From an uncultured Verrucomicrobiae bacterium (GTDB taxonomy: Bacteria > Verrucomicrobiota > Verrucomicrobiia > Limisphaerales > Palsa-1400), in the NCBI GenBank assembly GCA_963707025.1, contig CAVPOM010000018.1:608001-672000 (forward strand): a stretch of 64,000 nucleotides of DNA, written 5' to 3'. Position numbers and translations under genes: made by a program. The notes beneath the pieces were generated by a model, which made no database searches, was not told where the DNA came from, and saw only the letters and a program-made list of their open reading frames with translations. This document shows, piece after piece, positions 48,882 through 58,014 of the stretch. Each line of letters starts with the position of its first letter. Position 1 is the first letter of the stretch.

Positions 48882-50501
48882 TTACGGTGTCTTTGGCGCT
48901 GGCGTGGAAAGGCCGCTGGTTTTGCCGGCAAAGGCCAGCGCGCCGGTTGGGCAATGACGCACGCATTCCTCCGCCACCGCCCCCAGGCCCTCCTCGATGG
49001 AACGGTCGAATGGCCCGGCCACTCGCACGTCAAAGCCGCGTCCGATAAAAGCCAGGCCCAGCGGTTCGGCCGCCATTTCGGCCAGCTTCACGCAAATCCC
49101 GCAGAGAATGCATTTGCCCGGCTCGAAGATGATGCCGCCGGGCTGGAGTTGCTGGTTAAAGGGCCGGCGCTCCGACCGGAACCGGCTGGCGTCGGCGCCA
49201 TAAACTTGCGCGTAGTGCTGCAGCAGGCAGTTGCCCGACGACCGGCAGTCGCAATGCAGGCAGCGCGCCGCCTCCGTCATGGCCTCGCCGGGGTTGATGG
49301 CAGAGCACCGGGCGCAGGGCGCCACGCTGTGTTGCTGGCTGGCGGTGCGCAGGAATTCCCGCAGTTCGCCCGGCTCCAACCGGCCCATGATGCTGGAGAA
49401 CGGTTTCTCCGGGCGGCGCGGCGGCTGGCCGCGCAAAAACCGGTGGACGCACTCGGCCGCCGCCCGGCCCTCGGCCATGGCCCGCACCAGTTGTTTGACA
49501 GGCTTGACGCAGGCGCCGGCGGCAAAGACATGGGGCGGACTGAGGCGGCAGGTGGACGGGTCGGCCTTGAGCACGGCGCCGGCCAGCGGCAGCCCGAGTT
49601 TCCCGCCGTCATCTCCGGCCAGTTCGCCGACGGTGATCAGGATGGCGTCGAATCCGCGCCGCAAACCATCCAGAGTCACATGATTGCCCAACTCGATGCC
49701 CGTTTTGAAAGCAATTCCCATCCCCGCCAGCAAGGCCACTTCCGCTTCCAGGATGGCGGCGGACAATTCGGCTTCCGGCACGTCCCGCAGCCTCCCGCCC
49801 GGTTGGGCATTGCGGTCAATGACCGTGACGGCGTGGCCGCGCCGGGCGAGGTCATGCGCCGCCGTCAGGCCGGCCGGCCCGGCTCCAACGACCACCACGG
49901 AGCGCCTGGTGGCGGCGGCGGGTTGGCACAGGCAGGCCCTGGCCTGTTTGCCATCCTGCTTGAAATCATGCTCAGTCAGGAATCGTTCCATCTCGCGCAC
50001 CGCCGCCGGTTCATCGAAATCCCCGCGGCGGCAGCCTTGTTCGCAAGGATGGTGGCAAAGGCGGCCCAGCACACCCGCCAGGGGCAGCGCCTGGCGCATG
50101 GTGGCCACCGCCTCGTCCAGGCGGCCGGCTTGGATCTGCCGGATCATCGCGGGGATATTCAGTTGCAGCGGGCAGAGGCGATGGCAGGGCGACAGACAGT
50201 CCCCCACATGGTCGCTGAAAAGCAATTCCAGCGCGGTGCGGCGCGCCTCATGCACTTCCTCCGATTCGCTCTCGATGACCATGCCGGGCACGGCCAGGGT
50301 GGCGCAGGAAGGCACCAGGCGGCCCTGGCCGTTGGCCGCCACCTTGACCAGGCAAACCTGGCAGGAAGTGAGGGGCCCGCACTTTTCCAGGTGGCAGAGG
50401 GTGGGAATGTCCAGCCCGATCTGCCGCGCCGCCTGCAAAACGGTCCGGCCCGGCGCAACCTCCACCGGCTTTCCGTCAATACTAATTGTAAACGCGCTCA
50501 T
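48882..50501 (-). CDS. Multi-Fe-S flavoprotein: NuoG/HydA-type [2Fe-2S] N-terminus + partial GltD-like domain + C-terminal ferredoxin
   Basis: IPTLCH...SCQVCLV...PSCAT, DCLSPCHRLCP, GRLCHHPCEQGCRR, VVGAGPAGL, RCLHCDC, KCILCGIC, CPTGAL. Confidence 0.88.
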   Translation of the reverse strand: MSAFTISIDGKPVEVAPGRTVLQAARQIGLDIPTLCHLEKCGPLTSCQVCLVKVAANGQGRLVPSCATLAVPGMVIESESEEVHEARRTALELLFSDHVGDCLSPCHRLCPLQLNIPAMIRQIQAGRLDEAVATMRQALPLAGVLGRLCHHPCEQGCRRGDFDEPAAVREMERFLTEHDFKQDGKQARACLCQPAAATRRSVVVVGAGPAGLTAAHDLARRGHAVTVIDRNAQPGGRLRDVPEAELSAAILEAEVALLAGMGIAFKTGIELGNHVTLDGLRRGFDAILITVGELAGDDGGKLGLPLAGAVLKADPSTCRLSPPHVFAAGACVKPVKQLVRAMAEGRAAAECVHRFLRGQPPRRPEKPFSSIMGRLEPGELREFLRTASQQHSVAPCARCSAINPGEAMTEAARCLHCDCRSSGNCLLQHYAQVYGADASRFRSERRPFNQQLQPGGIIFEPGKCILCGICVKLAEMAAEPLGLAFIGRGFDVRVAGPFDRSIEEGLGAVAEECVRHCPTGALAFAGKTSGLSTPAPKTP

Positions 50502-52972
50502 CTCACCGCAATGGCCTCCTCCGGGCAGACCTGGCGGCAGGTGTCGCAGCGGGTGCAAATCTCCAGGTTGATTTTATGTTGGGCGTAGGGCGTCATCGGG
50601 ATGGCCTGGACCGGGCAATGCTGGGCGCACAGGGTGCAGCCGGTGCAGGCGGCGGTGACCTCGTACTTGATCAGGGCGGCGCACTGGCCGGCCGGGCAGC
50701 GCCCTTGCAGGTGCGCCTCGTATTCGCCGCGGAAGTAACGCAAGGTCGAGAGCACCGGATTGGGGGCCGTTTTCCCAAGCCCGCACAGGCTGCCGGCGCT
50801 GACCTGGCGGGCCAGCCGTTCCAGCTCCTCCAGATGGGCCCGTTGCGCCTTGCCGGCGCAAAGCTTGTCCAGAATATCCAGCATCCTTTTGGTGCCCACG
50901 CGGCAGAAGGTGCATTTGCCGCACGACTGGTCCTGCGTGAACTGAAGAAAATAGCGCGCGATATCCACCATGCACGACGAGTCGTCCAGCACCACCAGCC
51001 CGCCCGAACCCATGATGGCGCCGGCCTCGCGCAACGATTCATAATCCACCGGCGTGTCCAGCAGGCTGGCCGGCACGCAGCCCCCGGACGGTCCGCCAAT
51101 TTGCACGGCCTTGATGCGGCGGCCTTGCGCCGCGCCGCCGCCGATCTTTTCCACAATCTCGCGCAGGGTGGTCCCCATCGGCACTTCGATCAACCCGCCG
51201 CGGCGGATCTTTCCCGCCAGGGCGAACACCTTGGTGCCTTTGCTTTTGGCCGTGCCGAGGGCCGCGAACTCTTCCGCCCCATGCCGGACAATCCAGGGCG
51301 CCAGGGCCAGCGTTTCCACGTTGTTAATCAGCGTCGGTTTGCCCCACAGGCCCGACTCGGCGGGGAAGGGTGGCCGCAGCCGCGGCATGCCGCGCCGGCC
51401 TTCCACCGAGGCGATCAAGGCCGTCTCCTCGCCGCAGACAAAGGCGCCGGCGCCCTCCACCACGCTCAGGCGCAATGGAAAATGGGCCCCCAGCAAGCCC
51501 GCCCCCAGCCAGCCGCGCCGTTCCATTTCCGCAATGGCCGCCCGCACCCGCTGGACCGCCAGCGGATATTCGTGGCGGACATAGAAAATGCCCTCGTGCG
51601 CGCCCACCGCCACCGCGGCCAGCGCCAACCCCTCCAGGACACGATACGGAAAGGATTCCAGAATCATCCGGTCCATGAACGCGCCCGGGTCGCCTTCGTC
51701 GCCGTTGCAGATCACATACTTGACATCGCCCGGCTGCCGGCGGACCACGCGCCATTTTTGTCCGCTGGGAAAGCCCGCGCCGCCTCGCCCGCGCAGGCCG
51801 GAGTTTTCGATGATGGAGATGAGGTCTTCGGGAGAAAGGCGTCCATCTCCGGTGGCAGGGACGCCGCGCTGCAGCGTCCGGTCGGCGCAGCACGCCAACC
51901 CTGCCAATTCACTCGCAGAACTTGCGGGTTGCGCGGGCTGCTGCATTCCCAGGCAGCGCCGCAACGCCGCAAACCCTTCGTGCGCGAGATATTCATCCAG
52001 ATCCAGCGGATCGAGTTTGCCGAAATGTTCGGTGGCAATATGCACCTGGTCTTCCAGGAAGGCGCGGACGGAGGGATCGGCTTTGCTCATGGAAAAGCGC
52101 GCCACCTGTTGTTGCGGCGCGGCCTCATCCAGCAGCAGACCGCCCAGCAGGCCGGTCCAGAGTAGGCGGGCGCGGCGCAGCAAACCACGCGGACGAAAAT
52201 AGCGTTGCATCAGGGCGCCGGCCTGGCCGGGTGTCAGGTTGGAATAGTAGCGGGCCGCCTGGCCCGGCAGGGCGACTTCAATCAGCGGCGTGCGATGGCA
52301 CATGCCCATGCAACCGACCCGCTTGATGTGGACCTGGCCGCCGCATTGGCCCGCGCTCTGGCGCAAGGCGTGAAACAACTGATCGCTCCCCTTGGCCATG
52401 CAGCAGGAACCCAGGCCGACGTGGATTTGGGCCAGGCCCTGGCAGGCCCGGTCTCCCGGTTCCTCGGTGGACTTGACCCCGGCTGCCGCGGTCTGCCGGG
52501 CGAGATAGTCGCGGATTAGCCCCGGAGATTTCTCCGCGGAGGCGTAACCCATCGTCGCGCCGCCCATCTTCAAGACGGGCGCCAGGGTGCAACAACCCAG
52601 GCAGGCGACCGGTTCGATGGTGAACTCCTGGGCCGCATCGGTATCGGCGCCCGGAGGAATGCGCAGGTGCCTGCGCAACGCGTCCTCCACCCGCTCCGCT
52701 CCCGCGACATGACAGGCCGTGCCGCGGCAGACCCGGACAATATGTTTGCCGGCCGGCTTGAGGCGGAACATGTCGTAGAAGCTCGCCACACCGGAGATGG
52801 CCGAGGGTTGAATCCCGGTCAGTTGGGGGAGATGCTCCAGGGCCTCCTGGGGCAGGTAGCCATGATGTTCCTGCAGGGCCTGCAAAATCGGGATGAGCGC
52901 CTCGGGATTGCGCCCGATCCGCTCCACCGTTTGCTCGACAAAGTTGAGGTCAACACCTGGCATGGCCACCAT
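50498..52972 (-). CDS. Fused NuoE/HydC - NuoF/HydB NADH-oxidising flavoprotein
   Basis: CRGTAC...CLGCC, second [2Fe-2S] (GSCC...GCMGMC), GLRGRGGAGFP, CNGDEGDPGAFMDR, GGPSG, SCGKCTFCR, C-terminal 2x CxxCxxCxxxCP. Confidence 0.93.
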   Translation of the reverse strand: MVAMPGVDLNFVEQTVERIGRNPEALIPILQALQEHHGYLPQEALEHLPQLTGIQPSAISGVASFYDMFRLKPAGKHIVRVCRGTACHVAGAERVEDALRRHLRIPPGADTDAAQEFTIEPVACLGCCTLAPVLKMGGATMGYASAEKSPGLIRDYLARQTAAAGVKSTEEPGDRACQGLAQIHVGLGSCCMAKGSDQLFHALRQSAGQCGGQVHIKRVGCMGMCHRTPLIEVALPGQAARYYSNLTPGQAGALMQRYFRPRGLLRRARLLWTGLLGGLLLDEAAPQQQVARFSMSKADPSVRAFLEDQVHIATEHFGKLDPLDLDEYLAHEGFAALRRCLGMQQPAQPASSASELAGLACCADRTLQRGVPATGDGRLSPEDLISIIENSGLRGRGGAGFPSGQKWRVVRRQPGDVKYVICNGDEGDPGAFMDRMILESFPYRVLEGLALAAVAVGAHEGIFYVRHEYPLAVQRVRAAIAEMERRGWLGAGLLGAHFPLRLSVVEGAGAFVCGEETALIASVEGRRGMPRLRPPFPAESGLWGKPTLINNVETLALAPWIVRHGAEEFAALGTAKSKGTKVFALAGKIRRGGLIEVPMGTTLREIVEKIGGGAAQGRRIKAVQIGGPSGGCVPASLLDTPVDYESLREAGAIMGSGGLVVLDDSSCMVDIARYFLQFTQDQSCGKCTFCRVGTKRMLDILDKLCAGKAQRAHLEELERLARQVSAGSLCGLGKTAPNPVLSTLRYFRGEYEAHLQGRCPAGQCAALIKYEVTAACTGCTLCAQHCPVQAIPMTPYAQHKINLEICTRCDTCRQVCPEEAIAVR

Positions 52973-53050
52973 AAAACTGGGGCACGAAGGTCAGGCACAC
53001 TCCCCATATTTTGGCAAGACCGCAACAGATTTTGCCGAGGCTGAAGGTAA

Positions 53051-53113
53051 TCAATCTGCTGGCAAGCCGCTCAAGCTTTCCAGCACGTCGTTCTGGTAAT
53101 CCTTGAGTCGCTT
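53051..53113 (-). pseudogene. Possible 5' remnant of a type III restriction (Res) gene
   Basis: KRLKDYQNDVLESLSG resembles the L-K-x-Y-Q-x-x-V-L N-terminus of Res helicases; no start codon. Confidence 0.45.
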
Positions 53114-53122
53114 CGCGCAGGA

Positions 53123-53449
53123 TCAGGGCTTGGGCGGCGGTTGGTCTTTCAGGATAAGCGGCGCGGTTTGGCGCTCGCGGTAAAGTTGCTCCCGGATGCG
53201 ATGCACCTCGGCAATGACCGGATCATAGACGCGGTAGGGTTCAGCAGGGGGCGGCGGCGGCTCGGTCGCTTCACGGCGGCGCAATCGCGCCTGCAGTTCT
53301 TCAGGCGAATTCACCACCGGCCCGGAGTGCGGATGTTCCGCCAGCCATGCGTCCATTTGATCAAGAAAGCGTTGTAGGTCGCTGCCAGCCTGTTCGGCCA
53401 GCCGGTCTTTGACGGCTTCAACCTCTTGAAGAATCGGGTCAGCCTTCAT
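53123..53449 (-). CDS. Putative antitoxin partner of the PIN toxin
   Basis: DPILQEV..VKDRLA motif occurs again as DPVIAEVHRIREQL; overlaps the PIN gene stop. Confidence 0.7.
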   Translation of the reverse strand: MKADPILQEVEAVKDRLAEQAGSDLQRFLDQMDAWLAEHPHSGPVVNSPEELQARLRRREATEPPPPPAEPYRVYDPVIAEVHRIREQLYRERQTAPLILKDQPPPKP

Positions 53450-53924
53450 ACTCAATTGTTCCCATCAGTTGCAGCGGCGTGCAAACAATCGGCAAACGAT
53501 AGCCGCGCCTTTCCGCCACCGGTTGCAGCCGCGACTGTATCACGGCGTTGGCCAGATGCTTGCAATTCCAAGTCAGAAGATAGTTGATTTTGTAAACGGA
53601 TGCGAATGCTAAATGCACCGCGTCCGCTTTGGCTTTTGGCGGCAGCGGTCCGGCTGACAAGAACACTTCCGCCAACGCATCCACCGCCGGCGTGCGACGC
53701 AACACCGTCAACGTGCTCAAGGCTTGCAATCGCTGCCGGCTCATTTCCGGATCGCCCTCGGCCGCTTCGAGCAACACTTCCCCTGAAATCGAGCACTCGA
53801 AATAAGGCAGGCGCCTCCGCCACCAGTCCTCCGTCCAGACATGCCATTGATGGGCCATCGTGCCTGCCGGCGGGCGTGCGACGAGAAAACTGACCACCGC
53901 CGTATCAATGTAAACGCTTTCCAT
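53439..53924 (-). CDS. PIN-domain (VapC-like) toxin
   Basis: VYIDTAVVS, EAAEGD, DAVHLAFA...YLLTWNCKHLAN, PIVCTP. Confidence 0.9.
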   Translation of the reverse strand: MESVYIDTAVVSFLVARPPAGTMAHQWHVWTEDWWRRRLPYFECSISGEVLLEAAEGDPEMSRQRLQALSTLTVLRRTPAVDALAEVFLSAGPLPPKAKADAVHLAFASVYKINYLLTWNCKHLANAVIQSRLQPVAERRGYRLPIVCTPLQLMGTIEYEG

Positions 53925-53927
53925 CCG

Positions 53928-54068
53928 TCAATCCCCCATGATGCGGTGCATCGCGTACGGCAACTGGCAGAATTCCACGCCTGGCCGCGTCAGTTCCTTC
54001 TGGCTCATGAATTTTGCCGCCGCGAAAACCAGCAGCCGTTTCTTACCTTTGAAATCCAGTGTTGGCAT
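53928..54068 (-). pseudogene. Internally deleted type III Mod methyltransferase remnant (46 aa)
   Basis: MPTLDFKGK (Mod-like N-terminus) joined to KRLLVFAAAKFMSQKELTRPGVEFCQLPYAMHRIMGD (Mod-like C-terminus). Too short for the ORF track. Confidence 0.6.
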
Positions 54069-54224
54069 GAGCTTTTTTTTCTGGCTCTCAAGAGCCTAGC
54101 GGAACGGGAGGTGTTTGCACAGGCCAGAATTGCGGCCAGCGGGTTGTTCCGGCAGGCGGGCGTTGCTCCCCTCGTCGGCTTCCTGTTCTGGATTCGCATC
54201 GGTAGCTCTTGCGACTGGTTACCG

Positions 54225-55973
54225 TTACGGCTGTTTCACCTGGTTGGCGCCGTCCGGCCCGAGGCAGAAGAGGTTGGTCGCGCCGCGCAGGAAGAGATGG
54301 CCGCCGGCAAAGGCCGGGCTGGCCAGGAATTTGTCCGGCAGTTGGCTTCGCCCCATTTCCTGAAACTCGCGCCCGGCCCGCAGGACGACCAGGACGCCAT
54401 TTTCGCCCAGAATAAAAAGACGGTCGCCCACGATGCCGGGCGAGGCCTGCACGTCCGCATCCAGGTTCTTTTCCCAAATCCTTTTGCCATCGCCGGTCTG
54501 AAGACATTTGACGAGGCCCCCGCTGTTGACGGTGAAAACCAGTTCGCCCTGGCTGACCGGACTGACGATATCCGGGACATTGCCTTCGTCGGTCCAGGCC
54601 ACATGCGTCTTGGTCACGTCCCCTGCGCCGTCGGGGCGCAAGGCGATGAGCCTGGCCCCCGGACTGAGGAGGAGGACAAGTCCGCCGGCGAAGACGGGCG
54701 AAGGCACCACTTCATTTTCGAGCAATTGCGCGCGCCAAAGCTCCTGGCCGCCGGCCAGGGTGTAGGCGATCACCCAGGGGTTGGCCAGGGTGATGATCTG
54801 GGTCTTGCCCGCCGCTTCGGCGACGATCGGGGTGGCCCACGACGCGGGCACCTCGCGGCTGCGCTCCCACAAGACGCGTCCGCTGGCGCCCTGCAACGAA
54901 ATTAGTCTTGACCCCTGCCCGGGCGTCTCGCCCTGATCCAGTTGGATGAGCAGGTTGCTCCCCCACACGGCCAGCGAGGCGGCGTAGCCATAGGCATTCC
55001 TTAACGGGCCGAGGTATTTGGTCCAGGCAACCGAACCGTCGAAATTGAGCGCGGCGAGGTCGCCGTTGGCGAAGATGGCATAAGCCCGCCGCCCATCGGT
55101 GGCCATGGTGGAGGCCGCGTAGGTGGTGTCCTCCGGGACCTCCGCGACCTTGGGCGGACTGCCTGGAACATTTTCGACGGCCCGCCGCCAGAGCAGCGCG
55201 CCGTCGGCAACGTTGTAACAAAAAACTTCGCGTTTCGCCGCCGTGCCTCCCGAAATAAACACCCTGTCCCCCCACACCACCGGCGAACTGTGGCCCGGGG
55301 CGGGGATGGCGGAGCGCCAAACCAGAGTGGTCCCGTAGTTGGTCTGCGCGGCCACCCCGCTGCCGTCCCAGCCGCGGAAGCGCGGCCAATTGGCCTGGAA
55401 TTCGGCCAGCGCGGGCGCCTCCTCGGCCGGCGCCGCCTCCGCGCCGCTTTGGCCGGCGAGTTTTTGCCACGCGGCCTCGTTGGCGGGCAAAACGGAAGCA
55501 TTGTCAAGTCGAATTATCAGCAACGATCCCGCCACCACCAGGGCCACGGCGGCCAGCGCGACACGGGCGCGCGCGGCCAGCTTCAGGGACTGTTCGCCGG
55601 CCTCGGTTTTAGGTTGCGGCAGCGGCAGGGTTTTCGTCAGGGCCGCCGCTTTGCCGGCCGCCAGCACCAAGGCCAGCGTCCCGCCCAGCAGCAGCCAGGC
55701 GCCGGTTTTGTCCAACGCCAGGCGATGGCGGAACTTCTGGCGAAATTTCAGGTCGAGCTGGCGAATCTCCCTTTGCAGCGGCTCATTTTTCGGCGCGTCG
55801 GCCAGCTTCTCCTTGAGGGCGAGCAGTTGCGGGGATTTCCAAGGATCACCGGTGGCCGCCGCGAAATGCTCATAGACCATGACCGCGCAAAGGAGCAGAC
55901 AGAACAGGCCCGCGATGCAGGCGGTGAGCCAAAGCGCGCGAGGGAAAGGAAAAGGTTTCATGACCTGAATCAT
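54225..55973 (-). CDS. Membrane-anchored PQQ-binding-like (BamB-like) beta-propeller protein
   Basis: About three N-terminal TM segments, NWPRFRG, GHSSPVVWGDRVF, G..LW repeats, ASPAFAGG.LFLR. Alternative start 55961. Confidence 0.88.
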   Translation of the reverse strand: MIQVMKPFPFPRALWLTACIAGLFCLLLCAVMVYEHFAAATGDPWKSPQLLALKEKLADAPKNEPLQREIRQLDLKFRQKFRHRLALDKTGAWLLLGGTLALVLAAGKAAALTKTLPLPQPKTEAGEQSLKLAARARVALAAVALVVAGSLLIIRLDNASVLPANEAAWQKLAGQSGAEAAPAEEAPALAEFQANWPRFRGWDGSGVAAQTNYGTTLVWRSAIPAPGHSSPVVWGDRVFISGGTAAKREVFCYNVADGALLWRRAVENVPGSPPKVAEVPEDTTYAASTMATDGRRAYAIFANGDLAALNFDGSVAWTKYLGPLRNAYGYAASLAVWGSNLLIQLDQGETPGQGSRLISLQGASGRVLWERSREVPASWATPIVAEAAGKTQIITLANPWVIAYTLAGGQELWRAQLLENEVVPSPVFAGGLVLLLSPGARLIALRPDGAGDVTKTHVAWTDEGNVPDIVSPVSQGELVFTVNSGGLVKCLQTGDGKRIWEKNLDADVQASPGIVGDRLFILGENGVLVVLRAGREFQEMGRSQLPDKFLASPAFAGGHLFLRGATNLFCLGPDGANQVKQP

Positions 55974-56029
55974 TGGCGATGTGCTCAAGGACTCACCCAA
56001 AAGGTGGGCCCGTTTCGGAAAGAGGATTC

Positions 56030-56078
56030 CGTCGGCGGGACGCCGACGGATGCGGGCGGGACGCCCGCGCTCCCGGAA
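56030..56078. repeat. REP-like double-hairpin element
   Basis: ccgtcggcgggacgccgacgg followed by gcgggcgggacgcccgc and gctccc; a similar tail occurs near 19745-19770. Confidence 0.6.
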
Positions 56079-56099
56079 AAGTCGCTAATGATCGGGGTT

Positions 56100-57416
56100 T
56101 CATGAGGGCGCGGGTTTGTCCGGCGCCGGCATCCAGCCGAGGCGAACGCGTTCGTTGGGGCAGGCAGTGAAGCACCGGGCACAGGCGACACAGGCGCCGC
56201 GGTCCGGCTCAAAATCAGTCCGGCCCGGACGCACGGACAGCGCCACCAGTTTGAGGCCGATGACCAGTCCGGTCCAGCCGCCGAACAACAGGCAGGCCAG
56301 AGCAAAGCGGTGGCGCAAATCGGCCGCCGCCGTCAAGATGGCTTCCGGATTTTCGGCGGCGCGCTGGAGGGAAAGCGCCTCCGGGGTCATCAAGCCGTAC
56401 TCCACCGGCGCGCTTTGCTGGCGCAGGTAGCGTTCCGCCAAAGCCACCGCGGGATGAAGCTGCGCCGCCGCCGGGCTGAGTTTGGAACCGGCCCATGCGC
56501 CGGCGGCGACAAGCACCGGCAGGAGCACGAGGAGCCAGCCGAGGCGTTTTCGCTCCGCGCCCAGCCCATTGGGGTGGGTGGCGGCGGGGGCGGGTTGGCG
56601 CATCGCGCCGAACGGGCAGGACTGTTCACAGAGGCGGCATTGCGTGCAGACATCGGGCGTGACGCGGACGCGCCATTTGGAAGCCAGCGACGCCAGCCTG
56701 AGCAACCCGCCATAAGGGCAAAGGAACCGGCAATAGGGCCGGCCCACAAACATCCCGGCCAGGAGCAGGGCCGCTCCGAGAGTCAAGATGAAACTTCCGC
56801 CCGAGCGCCGGAAGAACGGAACGAACGGATCATAACGGCAGATCACAAATCCGGTCCCGGTGCCGGCGTAGATCAGGCCCGCGCCCAGAAAAAGATAAGG
56901 GATGACGCTGAGGGCCTGTTCCAGCCAGAGCGGCACGGTGACAGGCTTGAGCAGCATGAGATCCTGCAGCGCCCCCTGCGGGCAAACCGCCGCGCAAAAA
57001 GCCCGCCCCGCGAACAGGGCCAGCACGATGGGCGCGAAGCAGAAAATCAGCACCGTCACCGGCACGGCGTAGTCCGGGTTGAACAGTCCATAGACGACAT
57101 TCTGGGGCGAGCCGATCGGGCAGATGCAGCCCTGGCGGTAGAACCCAAAATAGGCCAGGGAAAAGAGGGAGAGCCAGAAAAGCCCGCGCCGGGAGCGCTT
57201 TTTGTAGATCAGCCAGGCCGCCATTCCCAGAGCGGCCAGGAACACGCCCGTATCGGCGTATTGCCGCCAAAGCTGGCGCGCGGCGGGGGTGGAGGGGGAG
57301 GGGATGCGGTAGCCGCTTTCAAAATCCGGCGGCGGGAAACGCTGTTCCGCGCAAACCACCAAGGCCAGCAGCAACATGGCTCCCAGGGCGCCGAGGAATT
57401 TGAGACGGCGAAGCAT
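56100..57416 (-). CDS. Membrane polyferredoxin (NapH/MauN/NosR-like 4Fe-4S binding protein)
   Basis: Multiple TMs, CICPIG, GRAFCAAVCPQG, RPYCRFLCPYG, CTQCRLCEQSCP, CVACARCFTACP. Confidence 0.9.
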   Translation of the reverse strand: MLRRLKFLGALGAMLLLALVVCAEQRFPPPDFESGYRIPSPSTPAARQLWRQYADTGVFLAALGMAAWLIYKKRSRRGLFWLSLFSLAYFGFYRQGCICPIGSPQNVVYGLFNPDYAVPVTVLIFCFAPIVLALFAGRAFCAAVCPQGALQDLMLLKPVTVPLWLEQALSVIPYLFLGAGLIYAGTGTGFVICRYDPFVPFFRRSGGSFILTLGAALLLAGMFVGRPYCRFLCPYGGLLRLASLASKWRVRVTPDVCTQCRLCEQSCPFGAMRQPAPAATHPNGLGAERKRLGWLLVLLPVLVAAGAWAGSKLSPAAAQLHPAVALAERYLRQQSAPVEYGLMTPEALSLQRAAENPEAILTAAADLRHRFALACLLFGGWTGLVIGLKLVALSVRPGRTDFEPDRGACVACARCFTACPNERVRLGWMPAPDKPAPS

Positions 57417-57420
57417 GACC

Positions 57421-57992
57421 TTAGCGGCTGGTGGTTTTGAGCAGGTAGGGATGGGCCGCGGGCACGCGGCGGAAGGCCTGGCCGGGGCAGGAGCGGGCGA
57501 TGGCGCACTCGTTGCAGTTGAGGCAGCGATCGTGGCGGATCTGGAGGAAGAGCGAGCCGTTGCCGAAGCGGTTGCAGCCCTCGACGCATTTGGCGCAGCC
57601 GATGCACAACTCTTCGTCAATACTATATTGATAATAGGGGTCTTCCACGTAGGCGCGCTGGATGGCGGCGGTCGGGCAGAGCTGGTTCTCCGCCGCCGTG
57701 GTCAGCTCGTTGGGCTCGGCGCGAAAAACCCGGTGCAAAGCTGGCAGTAGCCGCACACCGCATAGGCGTGGACGCATTTGACGGCGGACTGCTCCAGCAC
57801 GCACTGGGTGGCGCAGTTGCCGCAGTGCAGGCATTTGGCCGGGTCAATTTGCCACACCCAGGCCGCGCCGGTGCTGCGGGTGGCCAGCGCGCCCGCCGCC
57901 GCGCCCAGCCCGGTCATGGTCAGCAGCCGCGCGCCGTTGCGGAGAAATTGCCGCCGCGTCACCGGTGCGTCCGTTGGAGGTTTGGGGTCCAT
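57421..57992 (-). CDS. Tat-exported multi-[4Fe-4S] ferredoxin (frameshift near 57719)
   Basis: TRRQFL signal; CLHCGNCATQC, CGYCQLC; then LCPTAAI, CIGCAKCVEGC, CLNCNECAIARSCP. Confidence 0.88.
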
Positions 57993-58014
57993 CTGTTGGC
58001 TGGCTTGGGTGGGT

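Noticed and set aside
48882..52972. Calling these complex I nuoEFG or an [FeFe]-hydrogenase
   Set aside because: No other nuo genes and no H-cluster motifs; the domain composition differs.
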